A stretch of 49,777 nucleotides of DNA, taken from the sequence record SRR20825010_719. One strand, given 5' to 3'. Every line of letters begins with the position of its first letter. The stretch's first letter is position 1. Positions 29,303 through 37,182 of this stretch are shown here, in pieces. The position numbers and the translations under genes were made by a program. The notes beneath the pieces are model-generated. The model did not search any database and was not told the origin of the DNA. It was given only the letters and a program-made list of their open reading frames with translations.

Positions 29303-30538
29303 ATGAATTTCAGAGAAAACGTAAGGGAAGGAATAAAGTCGATTAAATCGAACACCCTCAGAACCATTTTGACAGGTCTAATTATCGCCATAGGTATCAC
29401 CTCGCTGGTAGGAATGCTTACTGCAGTAGATGGTATTCAAAGTGAAATAGAAGCTAGTATGTCTGGTTTAGGCGCTAATAGTTTCGATGTAGCAAGCCGT
29501 TCTTCTGGAAGAAGGAACATGAACGGAGTTAGGGAAAAATCTTATGCACCAATTAAATTCGATGAGGCTACCCGCTTCAAAGAAGATTTCAATTTCCCAT
29601 CAACCGTGACGATTTACACTAGAGCCTCTGGTTCTGCTGAAGTTAAATTTGAGGATAAAAAGACGAGTCCTAATACCAGTATTACTGGTGGCGATGAAAA
29701 TTACTTTTCAATTAAAGATGTAAAAATTGAACGGGGGAGGAATTTCTCTGCTTTAGAAATTGAGTTTGGAAATTATGTTTGTATCCTAGGGACAGAAATC
29801 GTCAGTTCACTTTTTGAAAAAAATGAAGATCCACTGAACAAGACTGTTAAATTCTACGGGAATAACTATCGTGTGATTGGTGTATTGGAAGAAAAAGGAG
29901 GTTTTGGTGGCGATACTGAAGAGGATAGAAATATTATCATTCCTCTTTTGAATGCAAAGCGTCTTGATCGAAGTGGTAGAATGAGATATAGTACTACTGT
30001 TATGATTCAAGACCCAGAGCAAATTGACTATGCAATGGGAGAGGCCACTGGTTATATGCGTAAGATAAGAGGTGATAAATTAGGTGAGGAAAGTACTTTC
30101 GAAGTTCTGAGGTCTGATTCTGCCACCGAAGCATTAGACGATATGACCAATGGTTTACGAATTGGTGGTTTAGTGGTTGGGGCGGTAACTCTTTTAGGAG
30201 CAGCTGTAGGACTTATGAATATCATGATGGTATCGGTAACAGAAAGAACAAGAGAGATTGGAATTAGGAAAGCCTTAGGTGCTACGCCAAGTAGAATTCG
30301 CCAACAGTTTTTAATTGAAGCGATTGTGATTTGTCAGATGGGGGGTATTGCTGGAGCCTTAATGGGGATTGGAGTGGGTAATATACTCGCCACCGCACTT
30401 GGAGGAGCATTTATTATCCCTTGGCTATGGATTACTGTGGGCTTAGTGGTTTGTGTGTTTGTAGGTTTAGCGTCTGGTGTTATTCCAGCCACTAAAGCTT
30501 CCAAGCTAAACCCAATTGAAGCCTTAAGATTTGAATAG
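29303..30538 (+). CDS. ABC transporter permease (MacB/FtsX family)
   Basis: N-terminal TM, periplasmic core, MNIMMVSVTERTREIGIRKALGA, PATKASKLNPIEALR. Confidence 0.93.
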   Translation: MNFRENVREGIKSIKSNTLRTILTGLIIAIGITSLVGMLTAVDGIQSEIEASMSGLGANSFDVASRSSGRRNMNGVREKSYAPIKFDEATRFKEDFNFPSTVTIYTRASGSAEVKFEDKKTSPNTSITGGDENYFSIKDVKIERGRNFSALEIEFGNYVCILGTEIVSSLFEKNEDPLNKTVKFYGNNYRVIGVLEEKGGFGGDTEEDRNIIIPLLNAKRLDRSGRMRYSTTVMIQDPEQIDYAMGEATGYMRKIRGDKLGEESTFEVLRSDSATEALDDMTNGLRIGGLVVGAVTLLGAAVGLMNIMMVSVTERTREIGIRKALGATPSRIRQQFLIEAIVICQMGGIAGALMGIGVGNILATALGGAFIIPWLWITVGLVVCVFVGLASGVIPATKASKLNPIEALRFE

Positions 30539-30561
30539 GCGGTTTATGCTGCTGATGAAAG

Positions 30562-30587
30562 AGCCTCGATTTATCGAGGCTTTTTTT
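30562..30587 (+). terminator. Rho-independent terminator
   Basis: AGCCTCGAT-tt-ATCGAGGCT running into a 7-T tract, 23 bp after the permease stop. Confidence 0.88.
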
Positions 30588-30610
30588 ATATTGAAGTAAA
30601 ATTTGAAGCT

Positions 30611-31009
30611 ATGAATTTTACTGAACCATCTCACAAGAAAATCTTAGGCATCCTTTTCATTGCCTTTAGTGCCCTCGGACTATTGGGCTTAGTATTCTAT
30701 GATTTCTTTATTGATTTTATATTGAATATGGCCGCACTGGATAATGACCCAATTCCAATGGAAGCAATGTGGATATTTGATTTTATTGACTCCATACTAT
30801 GGGCAATCGCCATCCTTTTCCTTATTCCTAAAATCGTAATAGGCTTTGGCTTAGTAAATGGCCGTAAGTGGGCTATGATGCCCGCACTTGTTTATGGAAT
30901 CATCGGGCTTATCAATTTTCCCTTTGGAACACTTGTAGGAGTGTACAGCATTATAATTTACACTGCTAAACCTAGTGAAGAGGAAGACTTCGACAGAAGA
31001 GCTAACTAA
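30611..31009 (+). CDS. Hypothetical membrane protein
   Basis: 132 aa, 3-4 hydrophobic helices, GFGL...WA and FPFGTLVGVY. Confidence 0.75.
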   Translation: MNFTEPSHKKILGILFIAFSALGLLGLVFYDFFIDFILNMAALDNDPIPMEAMWIFDFIDSILWAIAILFLIPKIVIGFGLVNGRKWAMMPALVYGIIGLINFPFGTLVGVYSIIIYTAKPSEEEDFDRRAN

Positions 31010-31639
31010 TTACTGTCGGGGAACAAAAACCACTTTTTTGGTTTCGAAGAATTCTGGTTCAAAGAATTTTTCAAGGTTGTGAACGCGCACTTTAACCAAC
31101 CTTGATTCTTTGATTTCGGTGGTCAAATCTCCTCCTTTTAGGTAAAGTAAACCGCTTTTGTAAGCTACTTCGGCAGTAGGCTTAAACTTATGTTTTACCC
31201 ATGGGTAGAACTCTTTGAGTTGAGCCACTGCACGACTTACTATAAAGTCATACTTTCTATCCTTAATGGCTTCAGCACGAATTTGTTCGGCAACTACATT
31301 TTTAAGGCCTAGTGCCTCGCTAATATTTTTCACCACTACTATTTTCTTTCCAGTGGAATCCACCAAATGAAAATTGGATTCCGGAAACATAATGGCCAAT
31401 GGAATTCCAGGAAAACCGCCTCCAGTCCCAACATCCAAAATATCGGTGTTTTCAGGAAACTTAAAAACTTTGGCTATACCTAAAGAATGTAATACGTGAC
31501 GCTCGTAAAGATTTTCAATATCCTTTCTCGAAACCACATTTACCTTTTCATTCCATTCAGTATACAAAGGTTTTAACTGAGCAAATTGAGCAATTTGCTT
31601 TTCTGTAAGGGCAGGGAAATGTTTTTTGATTAACTCCAT
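31010..31639 (-). CDS. rsmG: 16S rRNA m7G527 methyltransferase
   Basis: WNEKVNVVSR, HVLHSL, LDVGTGGGFPGIPLAI, IVSRAV, LKGG; ATG at 31639 preferred. Confidence 0.95.
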   Translation of the reverse strand: MELIKKHFPALTEKQIAQFAQLKPLYTEWNEKVNVVSRKDIENLYERHVLHSLGIAKVFKFPENTDILDVGTGGGFPGIPLAIMFPESNFHLVDSTGKKIVVVKNISEALGLKNVVAEQIRAEAIKDRKYDFIVSRAVAQLKEFYPWVKHKFKPTAEVAYKSGLLYLKGGDLTTEIKESRLVKVRVHNLEKFFEPEFFETKKVVFVPRQ

Positions 31640-31664
31640 TTGAGTGCGAATTAACAAAAAAGAA

Positions 31665-32273
31665 TTAGATGTGTTCCTTTTTACCTTTCACAAGGTCGTA
31701 CATTAATTCACGAGCCCTGTGCAATTGTGCCTTAACAGTACCGAGAGGTGCATTTAATTCTTTTGCAATTTCATCATAGCTTAGCTCATCGAAGTAGCGA
31801 AGCTTTACCAATCGCTGATATTTGGCAGGCAGCTTAGTGACAAAGAGCTGTACTAATTCAATTTTTTGGGCTTTGATGGCTTCTTCTTGTGGGTTCAAGT
31901 TTCTGTCTTGAACATCAATATTTACAGACTCACCATTGTCGTCACTATAAGAAGTATTCAGGCTCATGGTGTCTAGCCTTTTCTTACGGATAAAGTCAAT
32001 GGTATTGTTGGTAGCAATCCTGAAAAGCCAAGTACTGAAGGTAAAGTCTTTTTTGAATTTATGAAGGTTTTTAAAAGCCTTTGCAAAGGCCTCGATTGTT
32101 AAATCTTCGGCATCATCAACATTCCGAATCATCTTCAAAATCATATGGTAAACAGGTTTACGATAGCGTTGTAATAACTCCGCAAAGGCCTGTTGATCAT
32201 GATTCTCAACTGCCAGGTCTATTAATTTAAAATCTTTGAGTGCTTTGTCAGAAAACTGCTTACCTAACTCCAT
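31665..32273 (-). CDS. ECF-type RNA polymerase sigma-70 factor
   Basis: DAEDLTIEAF, FSTWLFRIATN, LSYDEIA...LGTVKAQLHRAR. Confidence 0.93.
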   Translation of the reverse strand: MELGKQFSDKALKDFKLIDLAVENHDQQAFAELLQRYRKPVYHMILKMIRNVDDAEDLTIEAFAKAFKNLHKFKKDFTFSTWLFRIATNNTIDFIRKKRLDTMSLNTSYSDDNGESVNIDVQDRNLNPQEEAIKAQKIELVQLFVTKLPAKYQRLVKLRYFDELSYDEIAKELNAPLGTVKAQLHRARELMYDLVKGKKEHI

Positions 32274-33373
32274 TTAACCTTTTTTGCTATTAGCGCCACT
32301 AATCCCACCATTGGGTAATACAAATTTAAACACAGATCGAGGAATGGAAGTGCCCAGTAGGCCATGTTCATTTTCAGCTTGCGACCTGAAAGGGTAAAGA
32401 TAACATAAAATGACAAGCTCTTGATACCGATAATCACCAAAGTGAGTCCAATATTGAAGCCTGCTAAAATCGCCCAAAACAGCATTACCCAACCTGTCAG
32501 CGAACTTAACGCAAAAAGACCCAATCTCGTTTGATCTTTTTTACGATAGTTTTTTCCAACAGATAAATGCCTTACTTTTTGAGTGAAATATTCACCCCAA
32601 GTTGCTTTTGGAATGGAGGTGACATGCGCGTCTGGGTGGATGCAAATTTCAGTATTTGTAGCATCGGCATGCGCATTCACAAAAAGGTCGTCATCACCTC
32701 CAGTTTGAGATTCAAAACCTTGGAATGAATGTGCTAAAAAGACAGACTTACGATAGGCCAAGTTTCTTCCAACGCCCATATAAGGCTGCCGTCTAATTGC
32801 AAATGAAAGGTATTGTATGGCAGTGAGTAGGGTTTCAAACTGAATTATTTGGTTCAGAAAGCCTTCTTTGATTTGATAAGGGGAAAAGCCCAAAACGAAC
32901 TCAGTTTCCTCTTTAAAGCTCCCTGCTATTTGGCTGATCCATTGATTTGAATTAGGAATACAATCTGCATCGGTGAGTAATATGATTTCGTGTTGGGCCG
33001 CTTCAATACCCAATTGCAAGGCGTGTTTTTTGCCGTTCCAGCCTTCTGGTAAATCATGGACATGAATGACGTTAAGCTTTTGACTCACTTGCTCGAACGA
33101 ATTGAGCAAAGCTTCTGAACCATCAATTGATCGGTCATTAACAATAATAATTTCAAAGGAAGAATAGTCTTGACTCATCAACTTGGTAATCAATACAGGT
33201 AGGAGTCTCACTTCATTTCTTGCCGCAACGACTATGGAGACAGGTAATTTCATGTCGTTTTTGTTATCCGAAATAGCATGATTCGGTAATCGATTAAAAT
33301 AGCACCAATGAAAGTACAGTTGAATAGCTGTAAACAGGATAAATACGGGCCAAAAGATAATTTCTAAACTCAC
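32264..33373 (-). CDS. Family 2 glycosyltransferase (membrane-anchored)
   Basis: VSIVVAARNE, VNDRSIDG, GKKHAL, LTDADC, GGDDD, QKVRH. Confidence 0.9.
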   Translation of the reverse strand: MSLEIIFWPVFILFTAIQLYFHWCYFNRLPNHAISDNKNDMKLPVSIVVAARNEVRLLPVLITKLMSQDYSSFEIIIVNDRSIDGSEALLNSFEQVSQKLNVIHVHDLPEGWNGKKHALQLGIEAAQHEIILLTDADCIPNSNQWISQIAGSFKEETEFVLGFSPYQIKEGFLNQIIQFETLLTAIQYLSFAIRRQPYMGVGRNLAYRKSVFLAHSFQGFESQTGGDDDLFVNAHADATNTEICIHPDAHVTSIPKATWGEYFTQKVRHLSVGKNYRKKDQTRLGLFALSSLTGWVMLFWAILAGFNIGLTLVIIGIKSLSFYVIFTLSGRKLKMNMAYWALPFLDLCLNLYYPMVGLVALIAKKVKWS

Positions 33374-33446
33374 AGGAAATGAAATGATGCCTGAATGAAA
33401 TAAGAATAAATGATTCCTGCTATTTTTGTGCGATCAAAATTGAGGA

Positions 33447-34577
33447 ATGAAGTTTAATTTAGCTGGAGTAGACCAACAATCAAAGGCACGAGCCGGGGAG
33501 ATAACAACAGACCACGGTATCATAGAAACGCCTATTTTCATGCCTGTAGGTACTGCAGGGTCTGTTAAAGCGGTGCATCAACGCGAATTGAAAGATGATG
33601 TTCAGGCGCAAATTATTTTGGGGAATACTTATCATCTGTATTTAAGGCCAGGCTTAGAAGTAATTGAGGCTGCTGGTGGTTTGCACAAATTTAATGGTTG
33701 GGACAAACCTATTTTGACCGATAGCGGTGGTTATCAGGTCTATTCACTTTCGGGCACCAGAAAAATCAAAGAAGAAGGAGTAACCTTCAAATCTCATATT
33801 GATGGTTCTAAACATATCTTCAGTCCAGAAGCTGTAATGGATATTCAACGCACCATTGGAGCCGATATCATGATGGCCTTTGATGAGTGTACTCCATACC
33901 CATGCGACTACGAGTACGCTCGCAAGTCCATGGAAATGACACACCGTTGGCTTAAGCGCTGCTGCGATAGGTTTGATGCTACGGAAGGAAAGTATGGCTA
34001 TAGCCAAACGCTTTTTCCGATTGTACAAGGCAGTACCTATAAAGATTTAAGGGTGAAGTCGGCAGAAACGATTGCTTCGTTTGAGCGCGAGGGAAATGCC
34101 ATTGGAGGATTGTCTGTGGGTGAGCCAGCAGAAATGATGTACGAGCATACCGAGATTGTTTGTGACATTCTACCTAAAGACAAACCACGTTATTTGATGG
34201 GGGTGGGTACGCCAGAAAATATTTTGGAAGGAATTGCTTTGGGCGTGGATATGTTTGATTGCGTAATGCCTACGAGAAATGCCCGTAACGGAATGCTATT
34301 TACAAGCGAAGGCATTCTGAACATGCGTAACGAAAAGTGGAAAAATGACCACAGCCCGATTGATCCAAATTTGGGTGGGTATAACAGTACATTTTACTCT
34401 AAAGCCTACTTAAGGCACTTAATTACTAGCAAGGAGATTTTGGGAGCACAAATAGCCAGCATACATAACTTAACTTTTTACTTATGGTTGGTTAAAGAAG
34501 CTCGAAAACAGATATTAGCAGGCACGTTTGTTGATTGGAAAAACCAAATGGTCAAAAAAGTGACACAACGCCTCTAA
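33447..34577 (+). CDS. tgt: tRNA-guanine transglycosylase
   Basis: TPIFMPVGT, GNTYHL, LTDSGGYQ, MAFDEC, IVQG, IGGLSVGE, YLMGVG, DMFDCVMPTR. Confidence 0.97.
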   Translation: MKFNLAGVDQQSKARAGEITTDHGIIETPIFMPVGTAGSVKAVHQRELKDDVQAQIILGNTYHLYLRPGLEVIEAAGGLHKFNGWDKPILTDSGGYQVYSLSGTRKIKEEGVTFKSHIDGSKHIFSPEAVMDIQRTIGADIMMAFDECTPYPCDYEYARKSMEMTHRWLKRCCDRFDATEGKYGYSQTLFPIVQGSTYKDLRVKSAETIASFEREGNAIGGLSVGEPAEMMYEHTEIVCDILPKDKPRYLMGVGTPENILEGIALGVDMFDCVMPTRNARNGMLFTSEGILNMRNEKWKNDHSPIDPNLGGYNSTFYSKAYLRHLITSKEILGAQIASIHNLTFYLWLVKEARKQILAGTFVDWKNQMVKKVTQRL

Positions 34578-35660
34578 ATGAAAATACTGGATAAGTACAT
34601 ATTAACGAAGTTCCTCACGACTTTCCTTTTTGTAGTAGGTATTTTAGTAGCCATCGTGCTCATTCTTACTTTTTCAGAAAGAAATGAAAACTTCATTAAA
34701 AATGAGGTAGGTACTTGGTTAATCATTAAGTACTTCCTTTTTTACGCTCCTTATATTGCCAATTTAATTACGCCTATTACAGTATTTATTGCAGCGGTAT
34801 TCGTTACTTCCAAAATGGCCAGTCATACAGAGATTGTAGCCATTTTAGCAGGAGGGGTAAGCTATCCAAGAATGTTGAAGCCATTTCTAATGGGCGCTGT
34901 AATCATAGCCTTAATAAGCTTTATTTTCACAGGATGGATTATTCCAGAAGCCAATAAGTTTAGGGTGAAGTTTGAAAACCAATACTTTGCCGACAAACCT
35001 TTTGTTTATTCAGGTCAAGATGTCCATTTCAAAGTAAGCCCAACTACCTATGTCTATTTAAGGTCATACAACAATTACAGAAATACGGGAAGGGATTTTA
35101 CGCTTGAAGAGATTGTAGACAAAGAGATGCTGTATAAGATCTCTGCTGCTGAGATTTTGTGGGACTCTACGTTAACCTCTTGGACTTTGAGAAACTGGAA
35201 TCTACGGGAGTTTAATGAGTTGGATGAAGACTTTCAATACCAAAATGTGAATGATACACTCATCAAAATAAACATGAGCCCAGACGATTTTTCTAGTCAA
35301 ACTGGACTGCAAGAAACCCTTACTATTCCCGAATTATATACGTATATAGAGGATTTAAAGCTGAAAGGTGCTGATAATATTCCGATTTATCATATCGAAA
35401 AATTGACAAGGTTTATGTCTCCCTTTACCGCAATAATTCTGACATTTATTGGAGTGATTCTGTCTTCAAGAAAGACCAGAGGAGGAGTAGGTTTTCAGAT
35501 TGCTTTGGGCTTCTTCTTGGCTTTTATTTATATACTTTTGTTTATCGCTACAAAGAGTATTGCCGAGGCAGGCTCAATGGATGCGCTGCTTGCAGTTTGG
35601 ATGCCCAATATTATTTTTACTATGCTCGGAATCTCTATCTACCGCTTTGTTCCTAAGTAA
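34578..35660 (+). CDS. LptF/LptG-family LPS export permease
   Basis: MKILDKYI, 3+3 TM layout, HTEIVAILAGGVS, AVWMPNIIF. Confidence 0.9.
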   Translation: MKILDKYILTKFLTTFLFVVGILVAIVLILTFSERNENFIKNEVGTWLIIKYFLFYAPYIANLITPITVFIAAVFVTSKMASHTEIVAILAGGVSYPRMLKPFLMGAVIIALISFIFTGWIIPEANKFRVKFENQYFADKPFVYSGQDVHFKVSPTTYVYLRSYNNYRNTGRDFTLEEIVDKEMLYKISAAEILWDSTLTSWTLRNWNLREFNELDEDFQYQNVNDTLIKINMSPDDFSSQTGLQETLTIPELYTYIEDLKLKGADNIPIYHIEKLTRFMSPFTAIILTFIGVILSSRKTRGGVGFQIALGFFLAFIYILLFIATKSIAEAGSMDALLAVWMPNIIFTMLGISIYRFVPK

Positions 35661-36580
35661 TGGAAGCCTCTTCTAAGGATTTTTTAAAACTCCATTTTAT
35701 CGTTTTTTTATGGGGTTTTACTGCGATTCTCGGCAATGAGATGACCATTCCTGCTACAGATGTAGTGATGTACCGTACGGCTTTGGCCAGTATTGTGCTG
35801 GCGGGCTTTATGTATTTTAAATCCAAGACATTTCAGGTAAGCAAGGAACATCTACTCCCAATGATTCTGATTGGGTTTGTCATTGCAATCCACTGGTTCT
35901 TATTCTTTGAATCTGCCAGGGTATCTAATGTATCGGTTTCTTTGGCAGGAATGGCCACCACCACCTTTTGGACCAGCCTCATTGAGCCATTGTTTAACAA
36001 AAGAAAAATTAGACTGTTCGAGGTGATTTTAGGCTTGGTTGTGATCAGTGGACTTTATGTGATTTTCCGTTTTGAATTCAATAATGCTTTGGGCCTAGGC
36101 TTGGCCATGGCTGCTGCATTTATGGCCGCTCTTTTTTCGGTATTGAATGGTAAAATGACCCATAAGCTGTCTCAGTACACCATTACCTTTTACGAAATGG
36201 CTGCGGCTGCCATTGGTATTGCTATTTTCATTCCGTTCTACAAGCACTTCTTTTTGACCGAAACTGCCACTTATGCATTGCCCACAACAAGGGACTGGAG
36301 TCTTCTACTGATCCTTTCTGTGGTGTGTACCGTATATGCTTTTTCTGCCTCTGTGGAGCTTCAGAAAAGAATTACTGCCTATGTGGTGAACCTCACTATT
36401 AATCTAGAACCCGTATATGGTATAATACTGGCCATCATTATTTATGGTGAAAGCGAAGAAATGAGCTCTGGTTTTTATTACGGAACACTCATTATTCTAG
36501 CGGCTGTCTTGAGTTATCCCGTTATCAGGCGAAGTCAGCGCAGAGCTTTGGAACGAAAGAAGAAGCTTGGTCTAGAATAA
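35660..36580 (+). CDS. DMT/EamA-family transporter
   Basis: About 10 TM in two repeats; LWGFTAILG, HWFLFF, NLEPVYGI; TAATG overlap with the lpt gene. Confidence 0.9.
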   Translation: MEASSKDFLKLHFIVFLWGFTAILGNEMTIPATDVVMYRTALASIVLAGFMYFKSKTFQVSKEHLLPMILIGFVIAIHWFLFFESARVSNVSVSLAGMATTTFWTSLIEPLFNKRKIRLFEVILGLVVISGLYVIFRFEFNNALGLGLAMAAAFMAALFSVLNGKMTHKLSQYTITFYEMAAAAIGIAIFIPFYKHFFLTETATYALPTTRDWSLLLILSVVCTVYAFSASVELQKRITAYVVNLTINLEPVYGIILAIIIYGESEEMSSGFYYGTLIILAAVLSYPVIRRSQRRALERKKKLGLE

Positions 36581-36611
36581 GTTTCTTCTTTCGGTTGGGC
36601 TTACAGCTAAA

Positions 36612-37169
36612 TCACCCAATCATATCGTCAGGTTGGTTGAAATTACTGAAAAGCTCAGGGTCATTTGAAGCGATCAAATTCGGCTGTTGTGCCACTATGA
36701 ATTTGATCATCGCAAGGTGATTATTCAGTACACTTTGTTCAAGTTGCGGTAATAACCGAACAGGCCAATAGGAGGGAAAGGGCTGAATGGCTTCTTTATA
36801 CTGATAGCAAGTGACAGTCTTGGAGTCCTTAGCGGTACTGATCAAGTCCTTGACACATGCAGCGCTCAGGTTAGGCATATCAACAGCCAAAACAATGAGA
36901 TCCTCTTCCAATATTTCCAATGCCGAAAGTATACCACCCATTGGGCCTTTGTCAGGGTATTGATCTTGTATGCAAGCATATTCATTGTGAAGCAGATCAT
37001 ATTGCTCAGCATTCACAGATAGATAAATGTCTTCGGTAATTCCAGAAAGGTGATCAATGGCCTTTTCCAGCAAGGTCTGGCCTTGCCACTGCACAAAGGC
37101 TTTATCGCTGCCCATGCGGGTGCTTTGCCCTCCCATAAGGATTAAGCCTTTGACTGATTTTCCCTTCAT
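36612..37169 (-). CDS. mobA: Molybdenum cofactor guanylyltransferase
   Basis: LILMGGQSTRMGSDKA, GPMGGI, AVDMP, NFNQPDD; last gene of the FDH operon. Confidence 0.92.
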   Translation of the reverse strand: MKGKSVKGLILMGGQSTRMGSDKAFVQWQGQTLLEKAIDHLSGITEDIYLSVNAEQYDLLHNEYACIQDQYPDKGPMGGILSALEILEEDLIVLAVDMPNLSAACVKDLISTAKDSKTVTCYQYKEAIQPFPSYWPVRLLPQLEQSVLNNHLAMIKFIVAQQPNLIASNDPELFSNFNQPDDMIG

Positions 37170-37182
37170 GAACTATCGGGAA

